This document shows, piece by piece, positions 1 to 9,380 of a stretch of DNA of 62,552 nt. Within the stretch, counting starts at the first letter, position 1. Every line of letters begins with the position of its first letter. Position numbers and translations under genes: made by a program. The notes under the pieces are model-generated. The model made no database searches. It worked only from the letters and a program-made list of their open reading frames with translations, and was not told the DNA's origin. The stretch covers positions 1-62,552 of the forward strand of contig DASXQO010000116.1 of NCBI GenBank assembly GCA_036507115.1, read 5' to 3'. The DNA comes from Candidatus Eiseniibacteriota bacterium. Lineage in GTDB: Bacteria > Eisenbacteria > RBG-16-71-46 > SZUA-252.

Positions 1-662
1 GGCTTGTTGTTGCTGAGCGCCGGCTTGAAGACCCACTTCTTGATCGCTTCCACGGCGGCTTCGTTGAGACCGGTCACGCCTTTCATCACCTTCACGTTCT
101 TCACCCGGCCGTCCTTCCCCACCAGGACGTGCAGCGTCACCTTGCCCTGGATCTGCGCCTCACGCGCGAACTCGGGATAGGCAGGCTCGACCCGGGTCAC
201 CGGCACCGGTTCGTCCTCGTAGTAGACGAACTCCCCTTCGTTGGGCATGTCGTCCGTGGACGCGATCACGAGGCTATCCTTCCCCGATCCGCTCACGCCG
301 ATCGGCTGGTTGAGCGCCGAGATCTCCTGCTGGGTCATGATCGTCTGCTCGGGCGCCAGGGCGTCCGCCACAGGCACCGGCGTTCCGATCGTCGGCTTGA
401 CGATCGGCTGGTTCGGGATCACGGGGGGCGGCGGCGCGCTCGAGAGCGGCGGCGGGGGCGGCAGCGTCTGCATGCGGATCACGCGCCCCGTGTACGCCGC
501 CTCGTCCTTCGGCTTCCAGACCGTGGTCAGGAAATAGATCCCGACCAGGCCGAGGTGGATCGCGGCGGAGATGATGAGCGCCTTGCGGAACAGCCGCTGC
601 GCGTTCGCCTTGAGATCCGACGCTCCGATCGGAATGCGTTCGCTCGAATCCTTGAACCCCAT
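1..662 (-). CDS. tonB: TonB-family energy transducer (C-terminal end runs off the window edge)
   Basis: Own translation of the minus strand from ATG at 662..660: MGFKDSSERIPIG.... It has one TM helix (ALIISAAIHLGLVGIYFL) and a Pro-rich spacer (TLPPPPPLSSAPPPPVIP). The C-terminal TonB-fold region reads YPEFAREAQIQGKVTLHVLVGKDGRVKNVKVMKGVTGLNEAAVEAIKKWVFKPA. It lies directly downstream of exbB-exbD-exbD. It is absent from the ORF track because it is truncated. Confidence 0.85.
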   Translation of the reverse strand, partial: MGFKDSSERIPIGASDLKANAQRLFRKALIISAAIHLGLVGIYFLTTVWKPKDEAAYTGRVIRMQTLPPPPPLSSAPPPPVIPNQPIVKPTIGTPVPVADALAPEQTIMTQQEISALNQPIGVSGSGKDSLVIASTDDMPNEGEFVYYEDEPVPVTRVEPAYPEFAREAQIQGKVTLHVLVGKDGRVKNVKVMKGVTGLNEAAVEAIKKWVFKPALSNNK

Positions 663-682
663 GGTCGCCGCGGAGGTCGCGC

Positions 683-1195
683 TCACAGCGTCTCGACCTC
701 CTTCTTTTCCTCAGGGAGGAGCGGCGCCAGCGAGAAGCGGTTCAATTCGGCGAACTGGAGCTGGTCGATGATGTTCACCATGTATTGGTACTTCGCCTTG
801 CGGTCGATCTTCACCAGAACGACCAGCTTGGGATTCTTCTTCCCCTCCGCCTCGAAGATGGGCTGCAGTTTCTCGATGCTGACTTCCTGGAACGGCTCCT
901 TCGCGATCCTCCAGAAGGCGCGCGCGACGGTCTGGGCGCTGTCCGCGGGAGCCACGACCCGGAGCGTCATCACGTTCGATTCCGCGATCTCCACCTGGGC
1001 ATTCGGGTCGGGGGGTAAATTGATCTCGAGCGCCTGCGGCTTGCGGAACACCGTCGTGCACATGAAGAAGATGAGGAGGAGGAACGCGACGTCCACCATC
1101 GGGGTCATGTCGATCTTGATCCCGATCCGCTTCGGTTTGCGCCTGCCGCCTTTTTTGTGTTTTACGCCGGTTTCGGGGGTGTCTACGGCACCCAT
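683..1195 (-). CDS. exbD: ExbD/TolR biopolymer transport protein
   Basis: 170-aa ORF with a basic N-terminus followed by the ExbD/TolR signature KIDMTPMVDVAFLLLIFFM (single TM). It ends 20 nt upstream of the tonB start. Confidence 0.9.
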   Translation of the reverse strand: MGAVDTPETGVKHKKGGRRKPKRIGIKIDMTPMVDVAFLLLIFFMCTTVFRKPQALEINLPPDPNAQVEIAESNVMTLRVVAPADSAQTVARAFWRIAKEPFQEVSIEKLQPIFEAEGKKNPKLVVLVKIDRKAKYQYMVNIIDQLQFAELNRFSLAPLLPEEKKEVETL

Positions 1196-1229
1196 GGAGT
1201 CCTACTCCTTCCGATTCTCCCCGCGCGTA

Positions 1230-1673
1230 TCAGTGCGACAGCGCGGATTTCTGACTGGTCACAAGCTCGGTGACCAGGCTGAAGGTGATCGTATTGGTTT
1301 TCTGCATGACGGCCATGATGTCTTCCATCGTGCCGTAGTCCGAGACCCGGTCCGCCTTGATGGCGACCCGGAGGCGCGGATTCCGCCGGCGCTGCTCGGT
1401 CACCACGGATTCCAGATTCGCGATATCGGTGAACTCCTGCGGGCCCTTCCCGACCGAATAGAGAATCTCGTTGTTCTTGCCGACTCCGATCGTCAGCACG
1501 TCGGACTCAGGAACTTTCAGGTTCGAGTGGCTGTCCGGAATCGTGATGGGCACCTTCTGCGGCGGATCGAACTGCGAGGTCGACATGAAGAAGATCAACA
1601 ATAGAAACGCCACGTCCACCATGGGCGTCATGTCGATCTTGATTCCGATACGCCGGAGCTTTTTTACCGCCAT
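1230..1673 (-). CDS. exbD: ExbD/TolR biopolymer transport protein (second paralogue)
   Basis: 147-aa ORF carrying the same signature, KIDMTPMVDVAFLLLIFFM. Its start abuts the exbB stop at 1674. Confidence 0.9.
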   Translation of the reverse strand: MAVKKLRRIGIKIDMTPMVDVAFLLLIFFMSTSQFDPPQKVPITIPDSHSNLKVPESDVLTIGVGKNNEILYSVGKGPQEFTDIANLESVVTEQRRRNPRLRVAIKADRVSDYGTMEDIMAVMQKTNTITFSLVTELVTSQKSALSH

Positions 1674-2396
1674 TTACTTCGTCGCCTCTTTCATGGAAAG
1701 GACCTCGACGACCTCCACGGTCGCCTCGTCCATCATGTAGTTGAAGTTGTCGATCATCGTCACGAACACGTTGTACAGCACGATCGAGAAGATCGCGACG
1801 AAGAGACCGCCCGCGGTGTTGATGAGCGCCTCGGAAATTCCGAGCGCCAGCTTCACCGCGTCCACCGAACCCGTATGGCCCAGGGCCGAGAAGGAGCGGA
1901 TCATCCCGATGACCGTTCCGAGAAGCCCGACCATCGTCGCGATGGAAGCAATCGTCGCGAGCGCGATCAGGTTCCTCTCGAGGAGCGGCACCTCGAGCAT
2001 GTTCGCCTCTTCCATCGCCTTCTGCACTTCGTCCATCCGGGTCTTCATATCCAGGTCCACGTTGCGGACCACGGCGTACCGGTCGAGCCCCGCGCGGAGC
2101 ACGTTGGCGAGCGATCCGCGCTGCTTCGCGCAGAGTTCCGCCGCGCCCTCGATGTCCATGGCGTCGATCTTCTGTCGGATCTGTCTCATGAAGACCGGGA
2201 CGGGCAGCTTCCCGCGCGCCCGGCCGAGCGTGAAGAGCCGCTCGAACGTCAGGGTCACCGACATGATCGAGAGCATGATGAGGAGCGCGACCAGGGGCCC
2301 GCCCTTCTGGATGTACTCCGGAAGGAAATTGAACACCACGATCGAGATCCCGAGCGCGACGACGGACACAATCGTCATGAACAAGCCTTGTCTCAC
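1674..2396 (-). CDS. exbB: MotA/TolQ/ExbB proton-channel protein
   Basis: 240 aa with three hydrophobic segments. The conserved C-terminal half reads MVGLLGTVIGMI...ALGISEALINTAGGLFVAIFSIV. The GTG start at 2396 is preceded by AGGAGG. Confidence 0.9.
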   Translation of the reverse strand: MRQGLFMTIVSVVALGISIVVFNFLPEYIQKGGPLVALLIMLSIMSVTLTFERLFTLGRARGKLPVPVFMRQIRQKIDAMDIEGAAELCAKQRGSLANVLRAGLDRYAVVRNVDLDMKTRMDEVQKAMEEANMLEVPLLERNLIALATIASIATMVGLLGTVIGMIRSFSALGHTGSVDAVKLALGISEALINTAGGLFVAIFSIVLYNVFVTMIDNFNYMMDEATVEVVEVLSMKEATK

Positions 2397-2548
2397 CGAA
2401 ACCTCCTCCTATTCCAGTTGAGCGAGCCGATCACCTCTTGCGACGCGGCTCGAAACGACTCGAGGGGGCACCCTGAAGGAACGCTTACAACCCGAGTAGC
2501 TGCCGGCCACCAAGTATGGACCAAGCGTCCCCGCTCCGGCAACCCCGC

Positions 2549-2887
2549 CTATTCGAAGCTTTTCAAGGCCTCCTTCTCCGTCTCGTAGACGTCGAAGACC
2601 AGGGAGAGCTTCGTGACGACGAAGATGTTCTGAATCTTCTTGTCCACCGCACAGAGCTTCATCTTGGCGCCGCGTTTGGCGTAGCTGGTGTGCCCGCCGA
2701 TCAGGACACCAAGGGAGACGCTGTTCATGAACGTGGTCTGGCCCAGGTTGATCAAGAGCTTCTTGTTCCCCGCTTCGGTCAGTGACCGGATCTTGGCTTG
2801 GAGCTCGTCCGTCTCCTTGCCGCCCAGGAGCATTCCCTTCGGGGTGAGCACCGTGACGTCACCGACTGTGCGGACATCCAGACTCAT
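2549..2887 (-). CDS. STAS-domain protein (anti-sigma-factor antagonist, SpoIIAA-like)
   Basis: 112 aa. The pattern VTVLTPKG.L....TDELQ..I..L...G.KKLLINL and FMNSVSLGVLIG aligns with the SpoIIAA FMDSSGLGVILG region, and the Ser is retained at the phospho-site position. A GGGAGGAA Shine-Dalgarno sequence lies upstream. Confidence 0.8.
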   Translation of the reverse strand: MSLDVRTVGDVTVLTPKGMLLGGKETDELQAKIRSLTEAGNKKLLINLGQTTFMNSVSLGVLIGGHTSYAKRGAKMKLCAVDKKIQNIFVVTKLSLVFDVYETEKEALKSFE

Positions 2888-2923
2888 GGTTCCTCCCTCT
2901 CCGCGGCCCTGGGCCGCCCTTGC

Positions 2924-4798
2924 CTAGGGGGTCGCCCCGCTCTTCTTCGCAGCTCCGCCCGGCTTCGCGGCATCGGCCGGCTTCGCGGCCCCGTTCTGTT
3001 TCTGCGCCTTCTGCTGCTCGTATCTCCGGATCAGCTCCAGACCCTTGGCCGCATCCGGGTTGTTCGGATCGATGTCGATCGCCTTGTTGAATTCCGATTT
3101 CGCCTTAGAAAGATCTCCGCTGTTGGAGTACGCCTGGGCGAGCCAGATGTGCCCCTGGATGTTCGTCGGCTCGAGCTCGATGGCTTTCTCCAGATACGGG
3201 ATCGCATCGCTCCAGTTCTTCTGGAGCAGGAGCACGACCCCCGCCCCGCGGAACGCCTCGGCGTTCACGGAATCCTGCGCGATCGCGGACTGATACATCT
3301 CGAGCGCCTCCGGCAGCGAGTCGATCGAGGTCAGCGTCTGCGCGATCCAGATCCGGGCGCGGGTCTCCTTGGGGTTCACCTCGAGCGCGCGGCGCAGATA
3401 TCCGATGCCGACGGAGGGCTCCTTCATGGCGAGCTTGGCCAGCCCGATGTTCAGGAGCGCCGGCAGGTAGGCCGAGTCCGCCTTGAGGGCCGCCTCGAAA
3501 TACGGGATCGCGCCCGGGAAATCCTTCCGCGCGAAATAGAGGAAGCCGAGCTGGAAGTTGGCGTCCTTGGTGAGCGACGGATCCATCTCGATGGCTTTCG
3601 CGAGCTGCGGCACCGCCTTGGCCGAGTCCTTGTTCGCGACGTACATGGTGCCGAGCCGCAGGTGCTCCTCCGCCGTCAGAAGCGTATCCGCGCACTGCGC
3701 GTACTGGTCGTAATACTTGAGGGCGTTGTCCAGATCGGGCGGGCGCTTCTCGAAGTAGAGCTTCCCGAGCGCCCCGGCCACCTCACACGACTTCGGATTC
3801 GCCTCGAACGCCTTCTCGAGCACCGGGATCGCCTTCTGGCGGTCATCCGGATTGTTGCTCTTGGCGAGCGAGCGTCCCAGCTCGACATATCCTTCCGGGT
3901 CGTCCGGTTTCAGGCTCGTGTACATCTGGAGCTTCTCCGCTGCGTCCGCGGGCCGGTTGGCGCGGAAGTAGAGCCGCCCCGCCTCCAGATACGCGGGGGC
4001 GTAGGTGGAATCCACCTCGATCGCCCGCATGAAGGAGGAGAGTCCCGCGTTGAACTCGTTCATCCCAACGAGTGCACGTCCCGCGAGGAAATGCGCCTCG
4101 GCGTTTTGGGGGTCCAGCTCGGCGGCTTTCACGTACTCGGGCGCGGCCAGCACCGGGATCTTCTTGCGCTCGTAGAAGCCGCCGAGCTCCAGCCTCACGC
4201 GGAGGTTGTTGGGATCGGTCTCGCGCGCCCGGATGAAGACCTCTTCGGCTTTCTTGGTCTCCCCCTTGCCTTCCAGAGCGAGCCCCTGCCCGGCAAGGAA
4301 GAGCGCGCGACCCTGTTTCAGGAGCGTCCCCTTCGTGAACACGGCGAGCGCGTCGTCCCATTTCTTGTCTTGCAGATACGCCTGCCCGAGCGCGTAGAGC
4401 GCGGCCGAATCCTTGGAGTTGTACTTCATCGCCTCCTGCAGCTTGGCGGTTCCCTCCTCCAGCTTGCCCTGCTTGCGGAGCAGCTTCCCGAGACCCGTCA
4501 GCGCCTCCACGTATTTGGGATCGATCCGGATGGCGGTTTCGTACTCCACGCGGGCGCTGTCCGGCTCGTCCAGCTTCTCGAGCGCGCTTCCGATGAAGTA
4601 GTGCGGCTTGGCGCCGCCGGGATCGAGCCGCTGGGCCTGGGTGAAGAGCTCCAGCGCGCGTTTGTAGTTGCCCGCGCGATACGCCTCCACGCCCTGCTTG
4701 ATGATGTCCCCCGATTGCAGGGCGTAGGCCGCCCCGGCGGCCAGGAGCAACGTCCCGGCCACGAGCGCGGGCAGGACTCTACGGAATACCCGGATCAC
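2924..4798 (-). CDS. Secreted tetratricopeptide-repeat (TPR) protein
   Basis: 624 aa. A signal peptide (LPALVAGTLLLAAGAAYA) is followed by many 34-aa TPR-like units, for example A..Y..AL..DP....A...LG. The GTG start overlaps the upstream stop (GTGA at 4795..4798). Confidence 0.8.
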   Translation of the reverse strand: MIRVFRRVLPALVAGTLLLAAGAAYALQSGDIIKQGVEAYRAGNYKRALELFTQAQRLDPGGAKPHYFIGSALEKLDEPDSARVEYETAIRIDPKYVEALTGLGKLLRKQGKLEEGTAKLQEAMKYNSKDSAALYALGQAYLQDKKWDDALAVFTKGTLLKQGRALFLAGQGLALEGKGETKKAEEVFIRARETDPNNLRVRLELGGFYERKKIPVLAAPEYVKAAELDPQNAEAHFLAGRALVGMNEFNAGLSSFMRAIEVDSTYAPAYLEAGRLYFRANRPADAAEKLQMYTSLKPDDPEGYVELGRSLAKSNNPDDRQKAIPVLEKAFEANPKSCEVAGALGKLYFEKRPPDLDNALKYYDQYAQCADTLLTAEEHLRLGTMYVANKDSAKAVPQLAKAIEMDPSLTKDANFQLGFLYFARKDFPGAIPYFEAALKADSAYLPALLNIGLAKLAMKEPSVGIGYLRRALEVNPKETRARIWIAQTLTSIDSLPEALEMYQSAIAQDSVNAEAFRGAGVVLLLQKNWSDAIPYLEKAIELEPTNIQGHIWLAQAYSNSGDLSKAKSEFNKAIDIDPNNPDAAKGLELIRRYEQQKAQKQNGAAKPADAAKPGGAAKKSGATP

Positions 4799-5712
4799 TG
4801 TGCCTCCTCCGCGGTGCGTACCACGCGCACCGACACCGTCGCAGGCGCGTAGCCATATTTCGTGACGATCTGCTGCCCGTCCACGCTCGTGACGAAATTG
4901 ACGAAATCGGTAGCCGTGGCCGGCGGATTCCCGCGCGTGCAGAGCGAAATCCCGCGCAGGAGCGGGTACTTCCGCAACATCAAGGTCTCCCGAGCCAGCG
5001 GCACGTACGGAAACCCCATCGCCGACGAGACCGCGAGCGCCCGGACGCGCGCATCCACGAATCCCTTCGAGACACAGCCGATCGCGCCGGGGCGCGTCGC
5101 CACGATGTCCACGATGTCCGCCTCGCTCTTCTGGGCGTAGACGCCCGGACCGTAGGGGTCGCTACCCAAGACTGCCTGCTGGATGAACTCGTAGAGCCCC
5201 AGCCTCGGACCTGTCGTGAGCGGGATCAAAGCGCCCCCCTGTTTCCACCCAAGCTCCGACCAATCGGTCAGACCACCCCGGTAGATCGCCCCCAGCTCGG
5301 TCCGCGAGATCTGGCGCACCGGCGAGCGGGGATGCACGATCACCGCCACCGCGTCCCAGGCGATCGGAAAGGCGTTCAAGCCTTCGCGCGCCATCGCCGC
5401 CTTGATCTCCGGATCGGTCAGCTCCCGGGTCAGGACCGACATCGTGACTTCACTGTTGACGAGTTGTTCCATTCCTTCCGCCGAACCGTTCGGGTGGATC
5501 CGGATCTCGGGCGCCTCGGGGTACCGATCCCGGAACGCCATGATCTCTCCGCGAAGCAGCGGAACCAGATGCTCGGCGCCGGCAACCACGATCGGTGCGG
5601 GAGGGGTCTCGCGCGGGGGGGATGGGGACGAGCACGAACAGAGGCCGAATGCGCCCAGCGTGACCGCCGCCCAAAGCAGCCGGGGCTTTCGCACCCGGCC
5701 TGTGGCTCTCAC
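4795..5712 (-). CDS. PstS-family (phosphate-binding-protein-like) periplasmic substrate-binding lipoprotein
   Basis: 305 aa with an N-terminal signal and Cys cluster (LGAFGLCSCSS). The segment IRIHPNGSAEGMEQLVNSEVTMSVLTRELTDPE resembles the GSG.G...L..G.vDig.sSR.l...E core of PstS/PhoT-type binding proteins, as I recall it. No pstCAB genes are adjacent. Confidence 0.65.
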   Translation of the reverse strand: MRATGRVRKPRLLWAAVTLGAFGLCSCSSPSPPRETPPAPIVVAGAEHLVPLLRGEIMAFRDRYPEAPEIRIHPNGSAEGMEQLVNSEVTMSVLTRELTDPEIKAAMAREGLNAFPIAWDAVAVIVHPRSPVRQISRTELGAIYRGGLTDWSELGWKQGGALIPLTTGPRLGLYEFIQQAVLGSDPYGPGVYAQKSEADIVDIVATRPGAIGCVSKGFVDARVRALAVSSAMGFPYVPLARETLMLRKYPLLRGISLCTRGNPPATATDFVNFVTSVDGQQIVTKYGYAPATVSVRVVRTAEEAQ

Positions 5713-5718
5713 GATGCC

Positions 5719-5747
5719 AGAGTACCCACCCCGCGAGACCGTGTCAA
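5719..5747 (-). promoter_or_regulatory. Sigma70-type promoter placed for a leaderless transcript of the PstS-like/TPR/STAS operon
   Basis: On the minus strand the layout is TTGACA (5747..5742), a 17-nt spacer, TACTCT (5724..5719), 6 nt, then GTG (5712..5710). The predicted +1 site falls on the G of the start codon. Confidence 0.5.
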
Positions 5748-5885
5748 CGCCGCCCTATTCCTTGCGGCGCGCCCGGATCCTGCCCTAAATACCCCGCTTC
5801 GCGCCTGTTAATTCCCTCGACCTCAGCGGACCAAGGGCTCCGCAGAGGACCTGGATACCGGTGCCGAGGTGCACCCGGGCTGCTC

Positions 5886-5913
5886 GCAAAAACGCCACCC
5901 TCGCGAGGGTGGC
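5886..5913 (-). terminator. Rho-independent terminator downstream of asnS
   Basis: The minus strand reads GCCACCCT-CGCG-AGGGTGGC, an 8-bp GC-rich stem with a tetraloop, followed by GTTTTTG. It lies about 115 nt after the asnS stop. Confidence 0.6.
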
Positions 5914-6027
5914 ACGCAGCACGATCGTGTGCACAAAAGAGGCTGGAAGTTAGTGCGGGGCGGGAGATTCTGTCAATCGAATTCTGCCCGCGGGCGGCCC
6001 GGAGGGGGCGCAGATTCTCCACGCCGG

Positions 6028-7326
6028 CTACGGGCGGAGACGGTTCAGCAAGCGTGGGAAGGGAATCGTCTCGCGGAGGTGGTCGATGCCGCAGAGCCAG
6101 GTCAAGGTCCGCTCGATCCCCATGCCGAATCCGCTATGGGGCACGGAGCCGTACCGGCGCAGGTCGAGGTACCACTCGAACGCCTCGGTCGGAAGGCCAT
6201 GTTCGCGGATCCGCGCGACCAGCTGCTCCAGGCTGTCCTCCCGCTCGCCTCCCCCGACGATCTCCCCGTAGCCTTCGGGGGCGAGCAGATCGCAGGAAAG
6301 CGACAGCCGGTCGTCCTTTGGATCCCGCTTCATGTAGAACGCCTTCACGGCGGCCGGAAAGCGGTGGACGAAGAAGGGGCGGTCATAGGCTTCGGTCAGC
6401 GCGGTCTCGTCGGCGGCGCCGAAGTCGCTGCCCCATTCGAACGGGAGCTCCTTCTGCACCAAGACGCGGGCGGCCTCGTCGTAGGAAAGTCGGGGAAACG
6501 GCGCGCGAACGCGCTCGAGCGGCGTCACGTCGCGTTCGAGGATCTTGAGCTCCTCGCGCCGATCCTCGAGCACACGTCCCACGATCCCTTCCAGGAAGCG
6601 CTCGATCAGGCTCATGACGTCCTTGAGCGTCGCGAACGCCACCTCCGGCTCCACCATCCAGAACTCGATCAGATGCCGGCGGGTCTTGGATTTCTCGGCG
6701 CGGAAGGTCGGCCCGAAGCAGTAGGTCTTTCCGAACGCCATCGCGGTGGCCTCGTTGTAGAGCTGCCCGCTCTGCGTGAGGTAGGCCTTCTCGTCGAAGT
6801 ACTGGGTCTCGAAGAGCGTGGTGGTCCCCTCGCAGGCGGACGGCGTGAAGATCGGCGCGTCTGCGAGGATGAACCCGTCCGCGTTGAGCCAGTCCCGGCA
6901 GGCCTGGACGAGCGTGTGGCGCACCTTGAGGATCGCCGCTTGGCGCTGCGAGCGGATCCAGAGATGGCGCTGGTCCAGGAGGAAGGAGGGGCCGTGTTCC
7001 TTCGGGGTGATCGGGAAATCCACGCTCGCCCCGACGAGCTCGAGGCCGCGCAGAGAGAGCTCGACGCCGCTCGGCGCCCGTTTGTCCTCGCGGACGACGC
7101 CGGTCACGCGGATCGAGGACTCCTGGGTTACCGTCGCGCACTTCGCGAAGACGTCCTCGGGAAGCTCCGCTTTCACGGCGACGCACTGGACGGTCCCGCT
7201 TCCGTCTCGGACGAGGAGAAATTCGAGCTTCCCGCTCGAGCGGCGGTTGTAGAGCCATCCCTGGATCCGCACTTCCTCGCCGATTCGCTCTCGAAGCGCC
7301 CCGATCCGGGTCGCTGCGTCGTTCAT
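6028..7326 (-). CDS. asnS: Asparagine--tRNA ligase
   Basis: Class IIb aaRS features: an N-terminal OB fold ([24 protein letters not shown]), motif 2 [21 protein letters not shown], and motif 3 [16 protein letters not shown] prefer the start at MNDAATR (ATG 7326). The track ORF extends to 7422. Confidence 0.9.
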   Translation of the reverse strand: MNDAATRIGALRERIGEEVRIQGWLYNRRSSGKLEFLLVRDGSGTVQCVAVKAELPEDVFAKCATVTQESSIRVTGVVREDKRAPSGVELSLRGLELVGASVDFPITPKEHGPSFLLDQRHLWIRSQRQAAILKVRHTLVQACRDWLNADGFILADAPIFTPSACEGTTTLFETQYFDEKAYLTQSGQLYNEATAMAFGKTYCFGPTFRAEKSKTRRHLIEFWMVEPEVAFATLKDVMSLIERFLEGIVGRVLEDRREELKILERDVTPLERVRAPFPRLSYDEAARVLVQKELPFEWGSDFGAADETALTEAYDRPFFVHRFPAAVKAFYMKRDPKDDRLSLSCDLLAPEGYGEIVGGGEREDSLEQLVARIREHGLPTEAFEWYLDLRRYGSVPHSGFGMGIERTLTWLCGIDHLRETIPFPRLLNRLRP

Positions 7327-7404
7327 GGACGGACCTCCGCTGGATGCGACGGGCCCGCGGCCCGGGATCGCGGTAGAGGATAGCATGCCCGGGGACATTT
7401 CCCC

Positions 7405-7433
7405 TTGACACCCCCCGGTCACGCACCTAAGTT
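7405..7433 (+). promoter_or_regulatory. Sigma70-type promoter placed for a leaderless transcript of the plus-strand gene pair
   Basis: The layout is TTGACA (7405..7410), a 17-nt spacer, TAAGTT (7428..7433), 6 nt, then GTG (7440). This is the same geometry as the promoter at 5719..5747. Confidence 0.5.
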
Positions 7434-7439
7434 TCCGCC

Positions 7440-9380
7440 GTGGCGCTCTTCAGGCCCTTGAAACTCGGGCGCGCGTGGGTGGGGCCGTTCGTTCCGGCGG
7501 CGGCGGTGGCGGCGGGAATCGCGTTCGCGTGGCTCGCGCCGCTGTCCTCCGCGTGCGCTCCCCCAGCCCAAGCCTACGCCGGGTCCGAGGCCGTGCAGGA
7601 AGAGCTGGAGGAGATGCGGAACGCGGGCCAGATCCGCGCCCTCGCTCCCGCCCAGACCCGCTACCGGGAAGCGCTCTCAGCGCTCCGGGCGGGAAACATC
7701 CCCGAAGGCACCCGCCTCCTCGCCGCGGCGGCGGAATTCGATCCGCAGTATCCCGATCCCCATTTCACACTGGCCGGCGTGCTCGCGTTCCGAAATCCGG
7801 AGAAGGCGGTCGGCGAATTGGGCGAAGCCCTTCGGATCGTGGGCCGGAGCTACCCCTGGCAGCGCCATCTTCTCGCCAACGCGATCACCGGATTTCTCGT
7901 GGTGTGGATGCTGGGTCTGCTCTTCGCGATCGCCGGAATCACGCTTCGGCATCTCCCCCACTTGACCCACATCATTTTGGAATTGGTCGGCCGGTCGAAG
8001 AGCTCGATCGCGCGTGGAGCCTCGACCGTCATCGCGCTCTCCCCCTTGCTGTGGGGGCTGGGCCCCATTCCCACCGCGACGGTGTACGCCGGGCTCCTCT
8101 CCTTCCGGATCGGACGGCGCGAGGCGTTCCTCGTCGGCATGTTCGTCGTCTCCTCGATCGCGCTCGCGAGCTTCCTGATGTCGGTCGCGCCCTGGGCGGC
8201 CCCTCCGAGCCTCGAGGAGCCCAGCCTGCTCGTGGACCGCGCGATTCACTCGGGGGCCGACTCCGAAGTCTCGGGCGCTCTGGTGGCGCTCGCCCTGCGG
8301 GACCCCGCGGAGCCGCTCTACCCGTTCACGCTCGGGACCATCGCGCGCCGCGAGGGGGATTTCGATTCCGCGGAGCGGCACCTGAGCCAGGCGGATGCCC
8401 TCCGCCCCAACGCTGCCTGGACGCTGACGAATCTCGGCAACGTCTATTTCGCGCGCGAGGATTACGCCCGCGCCCGTGATGCGTACGAATCCGCGGCGAA
8501 GGCCGCCCCGAAGGCGGTCGAGCCGCATTTCAATCTCGCCCAGACCTACACGAAGCAGCTCATGTTCGCCGAGGCCAACCGCGAGCAGTCGGTCGCGTCC
8601 GCGCTCGCGTTCGACCGGGTCCGCGACATGAGCAGGATCAGCACGCCGCAGTTGAACCGGACGGTCATGGAAGCCAGGCCCCCGGTCCGCTCGCTCTGGG
8701 ACCTCGCGCGCAGGACCGCCCCCGAGCGCGGCATCGCCGCGACCCGGAGCAATCCGTATCTTTCCTTCCTCATGCGGCTCTTGCCCCCGCCGCCGTTCTC
8801 GATCTTCTTCCTCGTGGCGCTCTTCCTGCTCTTCGCGGGGCTGGGGCAGATGCTCGGACGGTCGCTCGCGACGCTGCAGTGCTCCAACTGCCACAAGGTG
8901 ATCTGCCGCCGCTGTGTGTTCCGGATGCAGCAGCGCGCCTTCTGCGAGGGGTGCTTCGGCGCGGTGCGGAATCTGAAATCGGTCGAGTTCACGCGGCTCC
9001 TGCTCACGGGCCGGGACCGCCGCGCGGCCAAGCGCCGCACCTTCCGCGAGACCGCCACGACGTTCCTGCTCCCGGGCGCGGGCCAGATGCTCCGGGGTGC
9101 CTGCCTGAGCGGGTTCTTCGCGATCCTGGTCATGGTGGCCGCGGCGGTGCTCGTGATCGGGAACGGGTCGCTGGTCCCTTCGGTCGACGTGCTGCCGCTG
9201 GATTCCGCGGGCTGGGCGAAGCGGATTCCGCTCACCCTGCTCTTCGCCCTCACCTACGTCCTCACCGTGGCGCGGTACTACGCGAGGACCACGGCGAAGG
9301 GGCCGAGCATCACGCACTCGATCGGCCGCGCCGCGGGCCGTCCCGCCGCGCGTGCGAAGGCCGAAGGAGGCGCACCGTAA
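7440..9380 (+). CDS. Polytopic membrane protein with TPR repeats and an internal Cys6 zinc-finger-like motif (function unknown)
   Basis: 646 aa. The N-terminal hydrophobic signal or anchor is followed by TPR-like units ([12 protein letters not shown]..., [28 protein letters not shown]...). There are several TM segments, for example [19 protein letters not shown] and [15 protein letters not shown] cysteine motif [25 protein letters not shown] precedes a [13 protein letters not shown] hairpin. The first in-frame start is GTG 7440; TTG 7458 and GTG 7479 are alternatives. Confidence 0.7.
   Translation: MALFRPLKLGRAWVGPFVPAAAVAAGIAFAWLAPLSSACAPPAQAYAGSEAVQEELEEMRNAGQIRALAPAQTRYREALSALRAGNIPEGTRLLAAAAEFDPQYPDPHFTLAGVLAFRNPEKAVGELGEALRIVGRSYPWQRHLLANAITGFLVVWMLGLLFAIAGITLRHLPHLTHIILELVGRSKSSIARGASTVIALSPLLWGLGPIPTATVYAGLLSFRIGRREAFLVGMFVVSSIALASFLMSVAPWAAPPSLEEPSLLVDRAIHSGADSEVSGALVALALRDPAEPLYPFTLGTIARREGDFDSAERHLSQADALRPNAAWTLTNLGNVYFAREDYARARDAYESAAKAAPKAVEPHFNLAQTYTKQLMFAEANREQSVASALAFDRVRDMSRISTPQLNRTVMEARPPVRSLWDLARRTAPERGIAATRSNPYLSFLMRLLPPPPFSIFFLVALFLLFAGLGQMLGRSLATLQCSNCHKVICRRCVFRMQQRAFCEGCFGAVRNLKSVEFTRLLLTGRDRRAAKRRTFRETATTFLLPGAGQMLRGACLSGFFAILVMVAAAVLVIGNGSLVPSVDVLPLDSAGWAKRIPLTLLFALTYVLTVARYYARTTAKGPSITHSIGRAAGRPAARAKAEGGAP

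Noticed and set aside
2798-4852. 684-aa plus-strand ORF opposite the TPR gene. The same applies to 43732..46071 (+), 57571..60354 (+), 60491..61800 (+), 36860..38449 (+) and similar ORFs.
   Set aside because: All are antisense shadows of well-supported minus-strand genes. Their composition is dominated by Arg, Leu, Gly, Glu and Asp, with no domain motifs.
5744-6022. 92-aa minus-strand ORF, and a ~45-codon GTG ORF, in the asnS / PstS-like intergenic region.
   Set aside because: There is no Shine-Dalgarno sequence. The composition is Arg/Pro/Gly-rich, and the ORF spans a terminator hairpin and a promoter. The region is better explained as non-coding regulatory sequence.
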